Positions 45,527-54,160 of a DNA stretch of 64,000 nucleotides are shown here, piece after piece. The notes beneath the pieces were generated by a model. That model was not told the DNA's origin and did not search any database. It saw nothing but the letters and a program-made list of their open reading frames with translations. Source of the DNA: a virus (lineage: Duplodnaviria; Caudoviricetes); IMG/VR virus record IMGVR_UViG_2551306637_000004, positions 1-64,000 of that record, one strand, 5' to 3'. The position numbers were made by a program, and so were the translations under genes. How positions within the stretch are numbered: position 1 is the stretch's first letter; each line of letters begins with the position of its first letter.

Positions 45527-45807
45527 GTCTGAATCACCCCAAAATCCCGCGCCTGCCCTCGCTCGACTTCACAAGTGATGAGACGCGAACCTTCTATGCG
45601 GTCGAGTGGATCAACGAGAAGGACGAGTGGTCGATCGACACGCACTACCAGGAAACCAGTCGCGATACGAAAGCGTTGCAGCTGTTTGCGAACGGTGCGA
45701 AATCAGTGCTGATCTATGACGTGATCGGCCCCTTCAACGCAGGGCTGGACGAAGCTGAGAACTTTGCTTTCGATAACCGGCGGCTGCACGTCTCAAGTTC
45801 AAGTTGA
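45523..45807 (+). CDS. Hypothetical protein
   Basis: ATGA-coupled, 94 aa; palindrome AGTTCAAGTTGAACC at 45796-45810. Confidence 0.6.
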   Translation: MSLNHPKIPRLPSLDFTSDETRTFYAVEWINEKDEWSIDTHYQETSRDTKALQLFANGAKSVLIYDVIGPFNAGLDEAENFAFDNRRLHVSSSS

Positions 45808-45822
45808 ACCGAGGATCAATAC

Positions 45823-46152
45823 ATGAACGTGGAACAACGAATCGAGATTGAGAAGCAGATCGTCGAAAAGATTGTCGTCGACGCCTTGGCCGCGGGGTTC
45901 AAGCTGAGTGTATTCGACGGAGAAGGCACTGCGATTTCGAAGAGCACCGACAAGGACAAGATCCTCGCCGCGCTGTTCGCTTGTGAAGAAGAGTATCTGC
46001 GCCTCTGGAAAGACGGTACGCACGTCGGGTCGGTTCACCTGGTCTACGGCAATGACGGGTGGGACGTGATCTCCGATCATCACGTGTGCCTGGAGGACGT
46101 CCTCCAGGGGGCGACTGAACTGGCCAACCAGTTGGAAGAGCGGCACGCATGA
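45823..46152 (+). CDS. Hypothetical phage protein
   Basis: LVYGNDGWDVISD motif; GAGG RBS. Confidence 0.7.
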   Translation: MNVEQRIEIEKQIVEKIVVDALAAGFKLSVFDGEGTAISKSTDKDKILAALFACEEEYLRLWKDGTHVGSVHLVYGNDGWDVISDHHVCLEDVLQGATELANQLEERHA

Positions 46153-46355
46153 ACCCCGAGCAACTGCTGGAGTACATCCAGCGCCTGGAAGCGCGTATCG
46201 CTGAACTGGAGCTGGATCTGTACGCGAATCCGGACATGGCCGACAGGCGTGCGCGCCGGCAGCTGACAGAACAGTTCAAGAGGCAGGGGATGTCGGGCCG
46301 CAAGGCTCGGGACGCCGCATGGCGCACCCTGCACGACCCAAATTTCACATCGTGA
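46149..46355 (+). CDS. Hypothetical protein
   Basis: ATGA-coupled, 68 aa. Confidence 0.55.
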   Translation: MNPEQLLEYIQRLEARIAELELDLYANPDMADRRARRQLTEQFKRQGMSGRKARDAAWRTLHDPNFTS

Positions 46356-46360
46356 AAAAT

Positions 46361-46567
46361 ATGAGCAAACCGATCTACCGTACCCGCTTCACGACCACGG
46401 CCGGCAAGTACCGCGTCCGGGAATTCCGGTCGCAGAAGAACGCTGAGACCCATGCCAAGCAGCTCGCCAACGAGGGCGGGTATGGCTACGTCGAGCGCAC
46501 GACGGCGACCAGCCACAAAGTAGTCAGCAATTGGGGCCGCTGCGCTCCCGAAACCGCTTCCGCATAG
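46361..46567 (+). CDS. Hypothetical basic protein
   Basis: 68 aa ORF in the same operon. Confidence 0.5.
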   Translation: MSKPIYRTRFTTTAGKYRVREFRSQKNAETHAKQLANEGGYGYVERTTATSHKVVSNWGRCAPETASA

Positions 46568-46601
46568 CGTAGAATCACCTTACAAAGTACAAGGAGAAAT
46601 C

Positions 46602-46964
46602 ATGATGTCTGTCGCTTTCGACACCTTGGCTTACGTCAAGCGCCTCGAACAAGGCGGGGTCCCGCGCGAGACTGCGGTGATGCAAGCCGAGGCGCTGGCT
46701 GACGCGATCGACCAGACCTTGGCGACAAAGCAAGACCTGCTCAACACGCAGACGGCGGTTGAGCAGAAGGTCGACGCGACGCGTACCGATCTGCGTCGTG
46801 AGATCGACAACGTCCGAGCAGACATGAAGCTCGGCCTGACGGAGACGCGTGGGGAGTTCCGTGTCGAAATCGAGAAAGCGAAAACCTCAATGATCACGTG
46901 GCTCGTGACATTGACAGTTCTCGCTACCGCTGCGCAGATCGCTTCGAGGGCGTTCCTGCGCTGA
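46602..46964 (+). CDS. DUF1640/CCDC90-like coiled-coil protein with a C-terminal TM
   Basis: FDTLAYVKRLEQGGVPRETA...QAEAL, LATKQDL, hydrophobic C-terminus; AAGGAG RBS. Confidence 0.8.
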   Translation: MMSVAFDTLAYVKRLEQGGVPRETAVMQAEALADAIDQTLATKQDLLNTQTAVEQKVDATRTDLRREIDNVRADMKLGLTETRGEFRVEIEKAKTSMITWLVTLTVLATAAQIASRAFLR

Positions 46965-46983
46965 TTCAGCCGGTTGATTAAGG

Positions 46984-47015
46984 AAGAGTGCGCTCTGGCC
47001 AGTGCGCTCTTTTTT
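46984..47015 (+). terminator. Intrinsic terminator with CUGGCC loop
   Basis: AGAGUGCGCU-CUGGCC-AGUGCGCUCU-UUUUU. Confidence 0.7.
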
Positions 47016-47039
47016 ATACCCTCATCACCACCACACACC

Positions 47040-47504
47040 ATGAAAACTATCGTATTGACCCCGACTTGGTCGGGCGTCATGGGCGTGCTCGTCGCTTCGT
47101 TGCGCGATGGCACCGAAGAAGGCAAGAAGCACGCTGAAGCGGAGCTGTTCGATCTCGCGAAGAAAGTCGACCAGATGAACGACCACTTCAGGCAGGAACG
47201 CGAATCGATCCTGGGCAAGAAGCTGGCCCAGCTGGCTGAGCAGGGGGCAACTGACGCAGGCAAGATCGTCATCAAGGAAGACAAGATGGCGATCGTCACT
47301 AAGGCGGGCCGCGTCGAATGGTTCAAGCTGAACCAATTCGGGGGAATCGCGCCGGTAGACAATCTCGCGCTCACCAAGCAACTGGTCGACGCGCTTGAAA
47401 GCATGCTCTCGATCGACGACTGGCATGACGACGCGCTGGCGAATCCGCAGATGATCGCGAACGCTCAAGCTGTCCTGGCACTGGGGCGGGAGGCGCTGAA
47501 ATGA
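47040..47504 (+). CDS. Hypothetical protein
   Basis: LTPTWSGVMGVL; start preceded by CACCACCACACACC, no clear SD. Confidence 0.65.
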   Translation: MKTIVLTPTWSGVMGVLVASLRDGTEEGKKHAEAELFDLAKKVDQMNDHFRQERESILGKKLAQLAEQGATDAGKIVIKEDKMAIVTKAGRVEWFKLNQFGGIAPVDNLALTKQLVDALESMLSIDDWHDDALANPQMIANAQAVLALGREALK

Positions 47505-48166
47505 GCACCCCGTTCAAATCCACTCTCATCCTGTCCGAGTCCGACCACGAAGGTACGGGCTTGCTGCTCAAGGAAGTCGGCAAGCAGGTGATCTGCGAGT
47601 TCGACCGTACGCCGCACATGCAAGAGCACGCCGCGTACATCAAGCAGGCCGTCAATGAATACCCGGCGCTGCTGCGCAAGCAGGAGATCATCTTCGATCT
47701 TTCGTTCACGCTGGGCAACCGCTGGCACACGTTCTCCGACCAGCTGACCGGCGACATCCTGGACCACCATGACGGCTCGCGTGGATTGAGCGACCTCGTG
47801 AATACCTGGGCCGACGAGTTCGATGCTGACTGGGAATCGCGCAACGAGGACGAGCAGCAGAATTACCTCGGTGATATCGACGAGTTCGCGAATCGCAAGA
47901 TCGCCGAGCTGATCGATTCCGTGAAGCGTCCCGAGCCGCCCCCGCCGAAACCGATCAAGGTTACGCACAGCTACAACCGCGCACTTGCCGAGAACACCTT
48001 CCACTACGTTGGCGTGAAGTGGCAGATCGTCTTCAAATGCGACGACGGCTCCGACTTCTGCCGCGAGGCCCTGCCGGCAATGAAGACCCTGAACGACGTC
48101 CTCTCGTTCATCCGGGAGAAGTGCAATGCGCTCGGTTTGAGCGGCGCAGACATTCAACGGTGGTGA
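47501..48166 (+). CDS. Hypothetical acidic protein
   Basis: 221 aa, GGAGG RBS. Confidence 0.7.
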   Translation: MSTPFKSTLILSESDHEGTGLLLKEVGKQVICEFDRTPHMQEHAAYIKQAVNEYPALLRKQEIIFDLSFTLGNRWHTFSDQLTGDILDHHDGSRGLSDLVNTWADEFDADWESRNEDEQQNYLGDIDEFANRKIAELIDSVKRPEPPPPKPIKVTHSYNRALAENTFHYVGVKWQIVFKCDDGSDFCREALPAMKTLNDVLSFIREKCNALGLSGADIQRW

Positions 48167-48168
48167 TC

Positions 48169-48507
48169 ATGAAAGAACCAGTCCGTTACTTCACCCCGTA
48201 CCCGTTCACGATCGAGACCCTGCAACGTGTCGACGAGCCCCCGCGTTACGTCATCTCCCGCGTAAAGGTCGGTGGCCGCTACAGCGACGAGCTGCTGAAG
48301 AAGGAAGAGGCCGAGCTGCTGCTGCACACGCTGACGCGTGAAGAAGCCGACAAAGAGCAGCTGCGCTACCGCATCTGGCAGCTCGAACAGCAGTTCGCCT
48401 GGGCGATGTCCGAGATCAAGGAGCGTTACGAGGGGCCGTACGAGGAGTGGGCACCTGAGCGCGCCCGATACAACGAGGCGCTGGCCATGCTGCGGGGGAT
48501 CAAATGA
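48169..48507 (+). CDS. Hypothetical protein
   Basis: 112 aa, coupled. Confidence 0.65.
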   Translation: MKEPVRYFTPYPFTIETLQRVDEPPRYVISRVKVGGRYSDELLKKEEAELLLHTLTREEADKEQLRYRIWQLEQQFAWAMSEIKERYEGPYEEWAPERARYNEALAMLRGIK

Positions 48508-48751
48508 AGGCATATGTCCATACGAAGTGCCGCACTCGGGACGGAAGTTCCTTTGACAGTTTCTGCACTCGGTCTGTACCGGCGCGCCGAGTGCCGGCCG
48601 AGCACGATCAAGACGAAGGTTACATCGTCGTGTTGTGGAACAGCCGCTGGTGGCGCGTGAGGACGAGATGGATAAGATGCCGCCCCGTCTTGTACCTCGG
48701 CAAAAAGTTCGACGAGTGTTTGACCGTATCACTTGTATTGGGGACCGCTTG

Positions 48752-48985
48752 ATGAGCCTTCCGAATATCATCCGCCGCTTCGACGAAGCAGATCTCACCT
48801 CCGAGTGGAAGAAGAACGCGAACTGGCAAGTCATCTTCAAGATCCGCAACGAAGATGGCGTCATTCGTGACTACTGTCGCGAGACCCGCTGGCGGTCGAA
48901 CTATGACATTGAAGATGTCGAACGCTGGGCAATGGAGCAGTGCCTGCTTCACAAGCTGCACGGGGCGGAGATTCAACTGTTCTGA
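48752..48985 (+). CDS. Hypothetical protein
   Basis: TGATG-coupled, 77 aa. Confidence 0.55.
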   Translation: MSLPNIIRRFDEADLTSEWKKNANWQVIFKIRNEDGVIRDYCRETRWRSNYDIEDVERWAMEQCLLHKLHGAEIQLF

Positions 48986-48998
48986 ACAAGGCGGAGCC

Positions 48999-49673
48999 AT
49001 GAAACTGAGCGACGTGAGCAGCAGCCGCGGCGCCCCGATGGGGCGCCGTGACACACACAGCGACTGCGATGCCCACATCAAGTTGATCGTCCATCACTGC
49101 CCATTCGTCGACGGCGACTACGACGAAGGTGGGGCGTACTGGGGTGCGGGGGAGCCGCTGTGGCGGGCTATCGAACCCGAGGGGGACGTGGAGTTCTTCC
49201 TGCGCGGTAAAGACCGCTGGGAGGTACTGGAAGACGTTCGTGAACTGTATCCGAACGCGGAAATCATCGACACGCCACGCGAGCGCTGGTTCGAGGAGTT
49301 TTTGACCGGCTACCAAGAAGCCGCGTTGTGGTCGAGCATCGACACAATCAAAAATGACGAGGGGGAGGAGGAAACGGTGCATCTCGATGATGGTTACGAG
49401 ATGCACGAAGAGACGAAAGCGAAGTTCCGCCAGGACTGCAAGGACTTCTGCGACTTTGCGGAGCCACAGTTGCGCCGTGCAATTGATTGCACCGGCTATG
49501 GGGCGGTCCAGGCTGGGCACGATCTCTGGCTCACACGCGCCGGGCATGGGGCGGGGTATTGGGATCGCGGTCAGCTTCCGCGCGAGTTGCGTGAACAGCT
49601 ATCCGACGCAGCCCGCGACGCTGGAAGCCGAGAGCTACACATCGGCGACGACGGGTTGATTCACCAAGGGTAA
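48999..49673 (+). CDS. Hypothetical phage protein
   Basis: SRGAPMGR, DGDYDEGGAYWG, AGHDLWLTRAGHGAGYWDR; looks like two fused small domains. Confidence 0.7.
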   Translation: MKLSDVSSSRGAPMGRRDTHSDCDAHIKLIVHHCPFVDGDYDEGGAYWGAGEPLWRAIEPEGDVEFFLRGKDRWEVLEDVRELYPNAEIIDTPRERWFEEFLTGYQEAALWSSIDTIKNDEGEEETVHLDDGYEMHEETKAKFRQDCKDFCDFAEPQLRRAIDCTGYGAVQAGHDLWLTRAGHGAGYWDRGQLPRELREQLSDAARDAGSRELHIGDDGLIHQG

Positions 49674-49675
49674 AC

Positions 49676-49945
49676 ATGACCACCGAAGATAGACCCCGAA
49701 AGTCATACGGGGTAAGAGCCGGATCATGGAACGAAATGCTTTCCATGATGGAAGTGGGCGAGCGCCACTACATAGAAACGACTGTTGAGGGTTACCCGCA
49801 ATTGATGAGAACCATCAATACCCCAGCCAGCCGTAGGCCGGCGGAAATGCGCGACTCGAAATTCAGCACAAACCTTTTCACCGCAGTTATGGCGACGCGC
49901 GTCGGGGAGATTCGCTACCTCCTCTGTATCGAGCGGAAAGCATAA
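49676..49945 (+). CDS. Hypothetical protein
   Basis: 89 aa, AT-richer. Confidence 0.55.
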   Translation: MTTEDRPRKSYGVRAGSWNEMLSMMEVGERHYIETTVEGYPQLMRTINTPASRRPAEMRDSKFSTNLFTAVMATRVGEIRYLLCIERKA

Positions 49946-49967
49946 CCACCACACCGAGGTAACCACC

Positions 49968-50198
49968 ATGTTGAGTGCAATCATCACGATGTTCACGGGC
50001 AAGTCGCCCGCTAAAGAAGCGAAGAACCAGCTGCGCATGACGCGCCTCGCGCTGCTCGAAGCGCGTGGCGCACTCGAACATTTCCAGGCCGAAGTCGCGA
50101 AGCTTGAGGCACGCGAAGCCCGCTTGGCTGCGCACGTCTCCGACGACGAGCGCCAATACCAGCGCGAAGCTCAAGCATCGATGGCAGCTGCGATCTGA
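49968..50198 (+). CDS. Hypothetical coiled-coil protein
   Basis: GAGG RBS, 76 aa; palindrome AGTTCAAGTTGAACG at 50200-50214 follows. Confidence 0.6.
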   Translation: MLSAIITMFTGKSPAKEAKNQLRMTRLALLEARGALEHFQAEVAKLEAREARLAAHVSDDERQYQREAQASMAAAI

Positions 50199-50210
50199 AA
50201 GTTCAAGTTG

Positions 50211-50240
50211 AACGAGGCGCGTCTGGCCACGCGCCTCGTT
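50211..50240 (+). promoter_or_regulatory. 12-bp hairpin with CUGGCC loop
   Basis: AACGAGGCGCGU-CUGGCC-ACGCGCCUCGUU then GCUAAC..CACCACCAC; no U-tract. Confidence 0.55.
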
Positions 50241-50276
50241 CACCGAATCAGCTAACAAACCACCACCACAACAACG

Positions 50277-51035
50277 ATGACCAATTTTGATAAGTCCGCG
50301 CTCGACGAGCGCGCGCGTCAGCTCGTCCGCGAAGAAGTGCATGCGTGCGTCAGTATGTTGATCAGCGATCTCAGCAAGCTGGTAGCTAGTGCCGATCCGC
50401 ACGTGCTGCGTGAGGTAAGTGTCGACCAGGATGAGCTGTTCGCGATCTGCGTTCAGGACGACCACAAGTCCGCAGCTGAACACGAAGGCTACGTCTTGTT
50501 CGAGAACGAATATGGTGAGTACGTCGCGCTTCAGCCGGAAGACGACGTAAAAGGTAATCTCACTCTCGACAACCTCGAATACTTCCAACACGCAGGGAAG
50601 TTCTATGTCCTCCCGGAAGAGTCGGTGGACGAGATCAATGAGCTGGATGTGCCCGATCAGGCGAAGATCAGCGAAATCATCGCAAGCGCGCAGGCGCGTG
50701 AAGACAGCGGCGATACCGATGGAATGTTCTTCGAAGCGGAAACTGAACACGCAGTGTTGACCGCGTACCTCAACAAGCACTACGCCGACGATTGGTACAA
50801 CGACGAACAAGAAGCATGGCGTGCTGCGTGCGAAACGAACAATATCGACCCGGACACCTGCGAAGCCTACGAGCATTGGATCGTCTCGGGCTGGCTCGCC
50901 GGAAAGCTCGAAGAGCGGGGTGAGATGGTAAATCGCGACATTTGCGGTCTCATCGTGTGGGGCCGCTGCACGACCGGGCAGGCCATCTGCATGGATGGCG
51001 TGATTAAAGAGATCGCGCGCGACCTTCTCAACTGA
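50277..51035 (+). CDS. Hypothetical acidic phage protein
   Basis: 252 aa; EAYEHWIVSGWLAGKL..GE..IWGR.TTGQAI. Confidence 0.75.
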   Translation: MTNFDKSALDERARQLVREEVHACVSMLISDLSKLVASADPHVLREVSVDQDELFAICVQDDHKSAAEHEGYVLFENEYGEYVALQPEDDVKGNLTLDNLEYFQHAGKFYVLPEESVDEINELDVPDQAKISEIIASAQAREDSGDTDGMFFEAETEHAVLTAYLNKHYADDWYNDEQEAWRAACETNNIDPDTCEAYEHWIVSGWLAGKLEERGEMVNRDICGLIVWGRCTTGQAICMDGVIKEIARDLLN

Positions 51036-51079
51036 GGTAGGGCATACTTCTAGTCCTTTTATAGACAGAGAGGGCGGAA

Positions 51080-51493
51080 GTGAACAAGGTGATTCTCTGC
51101 ATTGCTCTTACGGGGTGTTTGACAGCGTGTGCGTCAAGAACTCTTCCATTTGAGCAGGCAAAGGACGTTCCTGCGGACAGGGTCTATTCGACGAAGTATG
51201 CGCAACCAGTGGAAGGTGCGCAGAAGATCACGGTTATACGCACTGGAGGCTCGTTTATCTCGGGTGGGGGTGCGCGCTACGAACTGTCGGCCGATGGTGT
51301 GAAGATCGCGTCAATGGCTACCGATGAGCGCGTCGAACTATACCTCCCCGCAGGCGAGCACATGCTTTCAGCACGCAATGGCGTGTGGACCAGCGTTGAG
51401 CCACAGTCCATCGTGATCAACGTTCCAAGTCGATACAGAACATACCGCCTCGATTCAGCGAGCGGGGTGTTGTTGCAACCTGCCCTTGAATGA
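51080..51493 (+). CDS. Lipoprotein (possible superinfection-exclusion moron)
   Basis: MNKVILCIALTGCLTAC lipobox; AT-richer; own terminator. Confidence 0.7.
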   Translation: MNKVILCIALTGCLTACASRTLPFEQAKDVPADRVYSTKYAQPVEGAQKITVIRTGGSFISGGGARYELSADGVKIASMATDERVELYLPAGEHMLSARNGVWTSVEPQSIVINVPSRYRTYRLDSASGVLLQPALE

Positions 51494-51520
51494 GCGACAT
51501 CTAGTCGCGAAACCATGTTC

Positions 51521-51547
51521 AAAGCCCACCGATCGGTGGGCTTTTTT
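51521..51547 (+). terminator. Intrinsic terminator
   Basis: AAAGCCCACC-GATC-GGTGGGCTTTTTT. Confidence 0.85.
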
Positions 51548-51740
51548 ATTTTCTCAATTCAGCACAAAAGGATCTGCACATGTTCATGTCTGATACGCAA
51601 GTTTTGCGGACGTACCTCGTAGCGGCGACTGTTGAGCAAGCACGCAAGGTGGGTTTCGAGGAATCGTTTCGTTCCCTCGTCACGCAGCAGTTTCATGACA
51701 TGTCGGATGCAGACGTCCGCGCAATGGCAAGGATCATCGT

Positions 51741-52055
51741 ATGACGCCAATGAAATTCCACCAGACCTATGAGGTCATCACGGACGAGAGTGCTGAACAG
51801 GGTGATGCCGAGGAGACGGGCTTCGACTGGCAGGACGTTTCATACACGTTCAAGGAGCTGGTTCGCCTGCTCAGTTTCGAATACGCCGGTGCTGAACCGA
51901 GCGACTACCCGTCATCGAACCCTGGCTGGATCACTTCTCATGGGGAGCGCGATCATTGTGACGGCTCCTTCCGCAACATCTCCCTGCACCCTGCCAATGA
52001 CCGGGCACGCCGCTGGTGGCCGAAGGCGTTAAAGGCGACAGGGATCACAAAGTAG
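51741..52055 (+). CDS. Hypothetical phage protein
   Basis: YEVITDESAEQGDAEETGF. Confidence 0.65.
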   Translation: MTPMKFHQTYEVITDESAEQGDAEETGFDWQDVSYTFKELVRLLSFEYAGAEPSDYPSSNPGWITSHGERDHCDGSFRNISLHPANDRARRWWPKALKATGITK

Positions 52056-52062
52056 GTACACC

Positions 52063-52773
52063 ATGCGCCTGTACAACGGGGATACATTCGAGTTTGAAGG
52101 ATATAGCTTCAAGGTTCAGTTTGAACGAGACGACGACACCAGCGAGCCGTGGAATAACCATGATGGCCACGGTGTCGTTTCGGACTGGACGCGTCGTGAC
52201 AAGCGACCCGGCGAAGTCCTGCTGGTGTCTGACCGAGCCTCCCGACGCTATTACGACATCGCGGCGTCTAACCAGATCGCCAAGAATGACGGATGGGGTT
52301 TGAGCGAGGAAGATCAGGCGGCATTGATCAACCGACTATCCAGAAAGCGCGTGCGACGCGTAAAGCGTGCCCAATATCAGGTCGCCAACGGTTTGCGCGT
52401 GCCTCGTATCGATTGGGAAACCGTGGAAACACCCGGAAGAGATCCGAGCAAACGTTTAACGAGTGGAGAAATTCGCGCAGAAGCCGTTCGCCGCGATTTC
52501 GAATTCCTTCGCCAATGGTGTAATGACCAATGGGAATACACGTGGGTCAAGGTGACGCTCCTTCGTACAAACGATGAAGGCGAACTCGTTGAAGACGAGC
52601 GCTTCAGCGACAGCGTGGGGGGCGTCGAGTCGTACAAGGACTACCATGTAGACGTCGCGTTCGAATGCGCAAAGAGCCTGATTATTCAGGTGAAAACCGC
52701 ACAAGAGGCCAATAAAAGGGAGGAGCTTGAACGTCGGCATTGGGCCGAACGGGATGTGCCGACTATCGTATAG
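52063..52773 (+). CDS. Hypothetical phage protein
   Basis: 236 aa; FLRQWCNDQWEY, DSVGGVES. Confidence 0.7.
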   Translation: MRLYNGDTFEFEGYSFKVQFERDDDTSEPWNNHDGHGVVSDWTRRDKRPGEVLLVSDRASRRYYDIAASNQIAKNDGWGLSEEDQAALINRLSRKRVRRVKRAQYQVANGLRVPRIDWETVETPGRDPSKRLTSGEIRAEAVRRDFEFLRQWCNDQWEYTWVKVTLLRTNDEGELVEDERFSDSVGGVESYKDYHVDVAFECAKSLIIQVKTAQEANKREELERRHWAERDVPTIV

Positions 52774-52775
52774 TC
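52761..52775. promoter_or_regulatory. Perfect CTAT-N3-ATAG palindrome
   Basis: GACTATCGTATAGTC before the AT-rich intergenic region. Confidence 0.5.
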
Positions 52776-52935
52776 AAGATGGAAGGAGGAGCGTTTCTTC
52801 AATAGAATGGCATCTCGATCAACCGATGCGGTAGGCAATGCCGGGATCAACGGTTATAGCAAACTGCACGGTTAATATTTCAACAAAATAACGATCATCT
52901 AATGTATGATCTAGCGATCCAAAGGTGATAGCAAG

Positions 52936-53169
52936 ATGGCATTGCAGACGGCAGCACAGAAACGAAAGTTCGTGAAAGACCTCATCAAGAATGTGCAGGA
53001 TGACGTGATGAAGCGCATCGAGCACATGCCTGCCGATTGGGATGGCGTCGAGCTGCGCCAGTACATCGGCAAGAAGTTCGAGAATGAGAAGGATGCCTTC
53101 GCATTGCGGGGCAACACGGCGCGGGGCCGCGCCTTCAACAACGAGATCTCGGACAACCGTCACCTGTAA
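52936..53169 (+). CDS. Hypothetical protein
   Basis: 77 aa; MPADWDGVELRQYI. Confidence 0.65.
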   Translation: MALQTAAQKRKFVKDLIKNVQDDVMKRIEHMPADWDGVELRQYIGKKFENEKDAFALRGNTARGRAFNNEISDNRHL

Positions 53170-53227
53170 AGCAAGAATACCGATGCACCGATAAGCTGGC
53201 CCTTGTCGTTGTGTCGCGGATTGAGAC

Positions 53228-53608
53228 ATGACCACCACCACCACAACCTGGACGGACGACGACGAGCGTCTGCTGCGCGAACTGGCATCGCGCAAGGAAG
53301 AAGTAGAGGCCCATCAGCGGGCGTCTGTCGAAGCCGTCGTGAGCACGTTTGCTTATCGCGACATCAGCGAGACCGACATCACGGACGGGCTGATCGAGCG
53401 GGCCGAGCAGATTTGCCGCGCGCTCGTGCCTTACCTCCCGCGACCCACCGAAGCTGAAGCTGCGACTGTGCGTAAAAAGGCCATCGATGCCATCGCACTG
53501 GGTCTCAGCGAATGTGTCAGGACGTTCCCGGTTTCCACACCGGTCGTTGTCCTGAACCATCTCATCGCCGCGGGATTGCTACCCGTGTCGATGAGAGGCC
53601 GTACCTGA
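53228..53608 (+). CDS. Hypothetical protein
   Basis: 126 aa, starts MTTTTTTW. Confidence 0.65.
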   Translation: MTTTTTTWTDDDERLLRELASRKEEVEAHQRASVEAVVSTFAYRDISETDITDGLIERAEQICRALVPYLPRPTEAEAATVRKKAIDAIALGLSECVRTFPVSTPVVVLNHLIAAGLLPVSMRGRT

Positions 53609-53669
53609 TTGGCCGACCTGGCAGGCTGATCACCTCTCTCAACCAAAACAAACCCTGAAGGAATTGAAG

Positions 53670-54077
53670 ATGGAACCCACCACCACGACCAAGAACTCCG
53701 CTGCTCCGAAGAAGAACAAGGGCGGCAACGACGGCAAGTCCCCGCGCGCGCTGCGCGGCGCTCCGAAGGCTGCATCGAACTGGTCGGCCGCGGACGAAGC
53801 TCGCTTCCAGGAGCAGCAGAAGGCCCGTGAAGCGTTCGTCGCCGAGCGCACCACGTCGCTGAAGAAGATCGCTGACCTCATGATGCACGGCGTGAAGCCG
53901 GTTCACATCGAGGCGGTGAAGGGCACGGACGGCACCGTGATCACCGAAGGTTACGCTCTGCCGGTCGCGGCGACCGAAGAGCAGCTGCTGGCGAACCTCG
54001 CGGAGCACGGCGACGCGATCCTGACGTACCTCTCGAAGCACTACAAGCTCCAACCGACGCTGCTGAAGACGCAGTAA
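53670..54077 (+). CDS. Hypothetical protein
   Basis: 135 aa, strong codon bias, followed by a terminator. Confidence 0.7.
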   Translation: MEPTTTTKNSAAPKKNKGGNDGKSPRALRGAPKAASNWSAADEARFQEQQKAREAFVAERTTSLKKIADLMMHGVKPVHIEAVKGTDGTVITEGYALPVAATEEQLLANLAEHGDAILTYLSKHYKLQPTLLKTQ

Positions 54078-54106
54078 TCGCTGAAGCGCAGTAGTTCATC
54101 GAACTG

Positions 54107-54140
54107 AAGCCGCATGGTTTGAGCCATGCGGCTTTTATTT
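54107..54140 (+). terminator. Intrinsic terminator
   Basis: AAGCCGCATGG/CCATGCGGCTTTT. Confidence 0.75.
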
Positions 54141-54160
54141 CGACATTTTCGAGAGAAAAC

